Source: the human T2T-CHM13v2.0 reference genome, Homo sapiens. Taken from it: a stretch of 64,000 bases of DNA. Under the pieces are notes generated by a model. It was given only the letters and a program-made list of their open reading frames with translations, was not told the DNA's origin and ran no database searches. The stretch lies in NCBI RefSeq assembly GCF_009914755.1, contig NC_060928.1, one strand, 5' to 3'. Position 1 is the first letter of the stretch, and each line of letters starts with the position of its first letter. Positions 61,882-64,000 of this stretch are shown here, in pieces. The position numbers and the translations under genes are program-made.

Positions 61882-62435
61882 CTGTTGCGGGTGGAGACTG
61901 AACTTGGACTGGCTGAGGACCTGGGTCTCCCTACACTGGCCAAACCCCACAAGCCTCTCACAGCCTGCAGCCATCCCAGCGTGTCTCTGAGCACTCTCAT
62001 TCCCTCCACCCTGCCCCACACCTCCATCTTTCAGTGTCTTTGTCCTGCCATGCACCGTTCCCTCTGCTAGAAATGTCCTTCTCATCCTTTAACCCGTAAT
62101 ATCTGCGTATCCTTCCAGACAAAACTTCAGCCTTATCTTCTCCCAGCCATCTCTCCGAATGCCCCAGGGCAGAAGTAGCACACTTTTGTACTTCCCTCTC
62201 AGAGTGCTCAGGACACAGTCCAGTATTAAGTAATGCACACAGTGCTTCTCCCAGTAAAGTTTGAGTTCCTGGAGGGCTGGAGACATGTTTGATTTATCTT
62301 TGTCATTTCTAGGACATGAGAGGCTCTCAATAAATGTGGAATGAATTGATAACTGACTAAATAAATGACACCAGTCTGAAATTCCTAACTAAAGTTACTT
62401 AGAGATCATTTTTCCCAACCTGGTTCTCCCCTTCA

Positions 62436-62615
62436 CTTGCTGTGTGGCCTTTGGCAAGTTACTTAACCTCTCTGTGCCTCCATTTCTTCATCTGTAAAAT
62501 GCAGCTAATAGTAGAAGGATATATCTACTTTATAGGGTGGCATGAGCATCATCTGTTAGTGTAGGTAAAGTACTTAGATAAGTACCTGGCAAATAATAAG
62601 CACTCGGTAAATGTC
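62436..62615 (+). mobile_element. MIR (one of many; others near 95-260, 2870-3100, 8590-8780, 25000-25200, 33540-33750, 50195-50420, 55880-56035)
   Basis: gctgtgtggcctttggcaagttacttaacctctctgtgcctccatttcttcatctgtaaaatg core. Confidence 0.75.
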
Positions 62616-62634
62616 AGAGTTTACATGCACATGC

Positions 62635-63112
62635 CCAGAGATGCATCTGACTCACCCCACCTCTGTCCCCACCCACACTGCTGTGAGGGTTGGCTGCTGA
62701 TGGCTCTACCTGCAGCCTTTCTTTGGAGAATTACTCTCAGCCAAAGGGAGCAGCCTCACCTAAAGGGTTACTCTGTGCAGCTCATGGTCAATGACTGATG
62801 ACCTACGGTACAAAAGGTTGCCCCCCTGCATCAACTTGATGACCTGGGATACAAAAGGCTGGCCCTCTGTATGGACTTGATGTCCTGGAGTACAAAAGCC
62901 TGCCCCCTGCCTTAAAGTAGCACCAACTTCTTAGGGCGAGCTGTGCTCCCAAGGTCCTCTTTGCAGCAGGCTGAAGCTAGTCTCCAACCCAGCATCCCTT
63001 CACCCTTCCCTGTCCTGCTGCCTCACTTCCTAACCCCTGAGGGCACCTCACTCAGTCGCTTGAACAGGAATACCTGTCTCAGGCTCTGACTGTAGGTAGC
63101 TTGGTTGAGACA
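62635..63112 (+). mobile_element. ERVL LTR16-like LTR remnant
   Basis: Motifs ccctgtcctgctgcctcac and ctgtctcaggctctg...gagaca. Confidence 0.55.
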
Positions 63113-63348
63113 ACCACTGTCACCGTCACTATCATCAGACAGGAGGAAATGAGACCCAGAGCTGTTAACTGGTTTCTCCAAGACCCAAGGTTAGGAACAC
63201 GAGTTGGAGGTAGTCAGGCATTAACTAGAAGTTCATTTGTTATTTTAGAGTAGTGCTGGTTTTTATGAGTCTCCAATGAGCCTTTTCTAAGAAACACCGA
63301 CTGAATAAATTAACCAACAATCAGCTTGAAAAACACAAACTAAGTTAC

Positions 63349-63512
63349 CTTAGGTAGGTACAGAAGGTCACGACAAAAAGGAATCAATGGGAAAGGAAAA
63401 CATGACGATTACATGCCTTCGTGGGTGGTGAGGACAGCGAGGACAGCCTTTGCTGAGTCCTGATCCCCTGAGATGAGACCGAGGTCCAGGCCAAGCGGGG
63501 GACCCCTCAGGC
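63349..63512 (-). pseudogene. Putative exon A of ghost gene
   Basis: Acceptor ccccttacctatgccgcag, donor aag|gtaact; 164 nt, phase 1 to 0. Reads LRGPPLGLDLGLISGDQDSAKAVLAVLTTHEGM*SSCFPFPLIPFCRDLLYLPK. An alternative donor cat|gtaatc exists near 63412. Confidence 0.45.
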
Positions 63513-64000
63513 CTGCGGCATAGGTAAGGGGTGGCAAAACGGATCACAACCATGTCCCTGCTTGCCTTTGCCTTACCATGATCCCACCTATCTAGACACA
63601 CCACCCCTCAGAACTCACATCCCATGTGCCTCCACTGAGTACTCTTCAGCAATTCCCCACCACCCCCAGGACCCCCAGCTCAAAGCCATCTCCATTTGAT
63701 AATCCCATGAAGGTCATCAAATGCCATCCTTGCTTAGGTCAGCCCATTACACTGGACTATGAGGGCTTTGAGGACAGGAGCTGGGACTTGGATCTTTGCC
63801 TTACCCCAGAGGGGAGGGAAATGAAGGGAAAGAGAATCTGACACACACTTGTGTTTGGTAGTTGTGAGGTAGGAATCAAGACCATGCTTCTCCTTGAGAG
63901 TGACAGCTGGGAGAAGTCCATCAACTTCAGGTTCTCCCAGCCACTGAAACTGATGAAGCCAGATTCTAATCCAAGTCAGTCCAAGCTGAAACAGACCAGG

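Overview
Repeat-rich primate (human/ape-type) genomic DNA with no intact protein-coding gene. It contains about 23 Alus, a full-length but disabled L1PA2/L1PA3-type L1 (14351-20410) nested in an older L1M, several truncated L1s, MaLR/ERVL solo LTRs, DNA-transposon fossils, MIR/L2 and long purine tracts. The main unexplained signal is a decayed multi-exon gene on the minus strand, running from at least 63512 down to about 42140 (possibly 36829). About a dozen AG/GT-bounded segments chain together in mostly concordant splice phase. Four Alus sit inside these exons, and excising each with one target-site duplication restores an open frame. The reconstructed product of roughly 1,200-1,300 codons has several RGS-domain-like motifs reminiscent of RGS22/RGSL1. 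I read it as a candidate unitary pseudogene lost early in primates, but this is a by-eye reconstruction and the family call is tentative. A 124-bp, 93.5%-identical inverted repeat (2193-2316 / 3361-3484) is the second most notable feature. Repeat subfamily names come from recalled consensus features, and boundaries of old elements are approximate.
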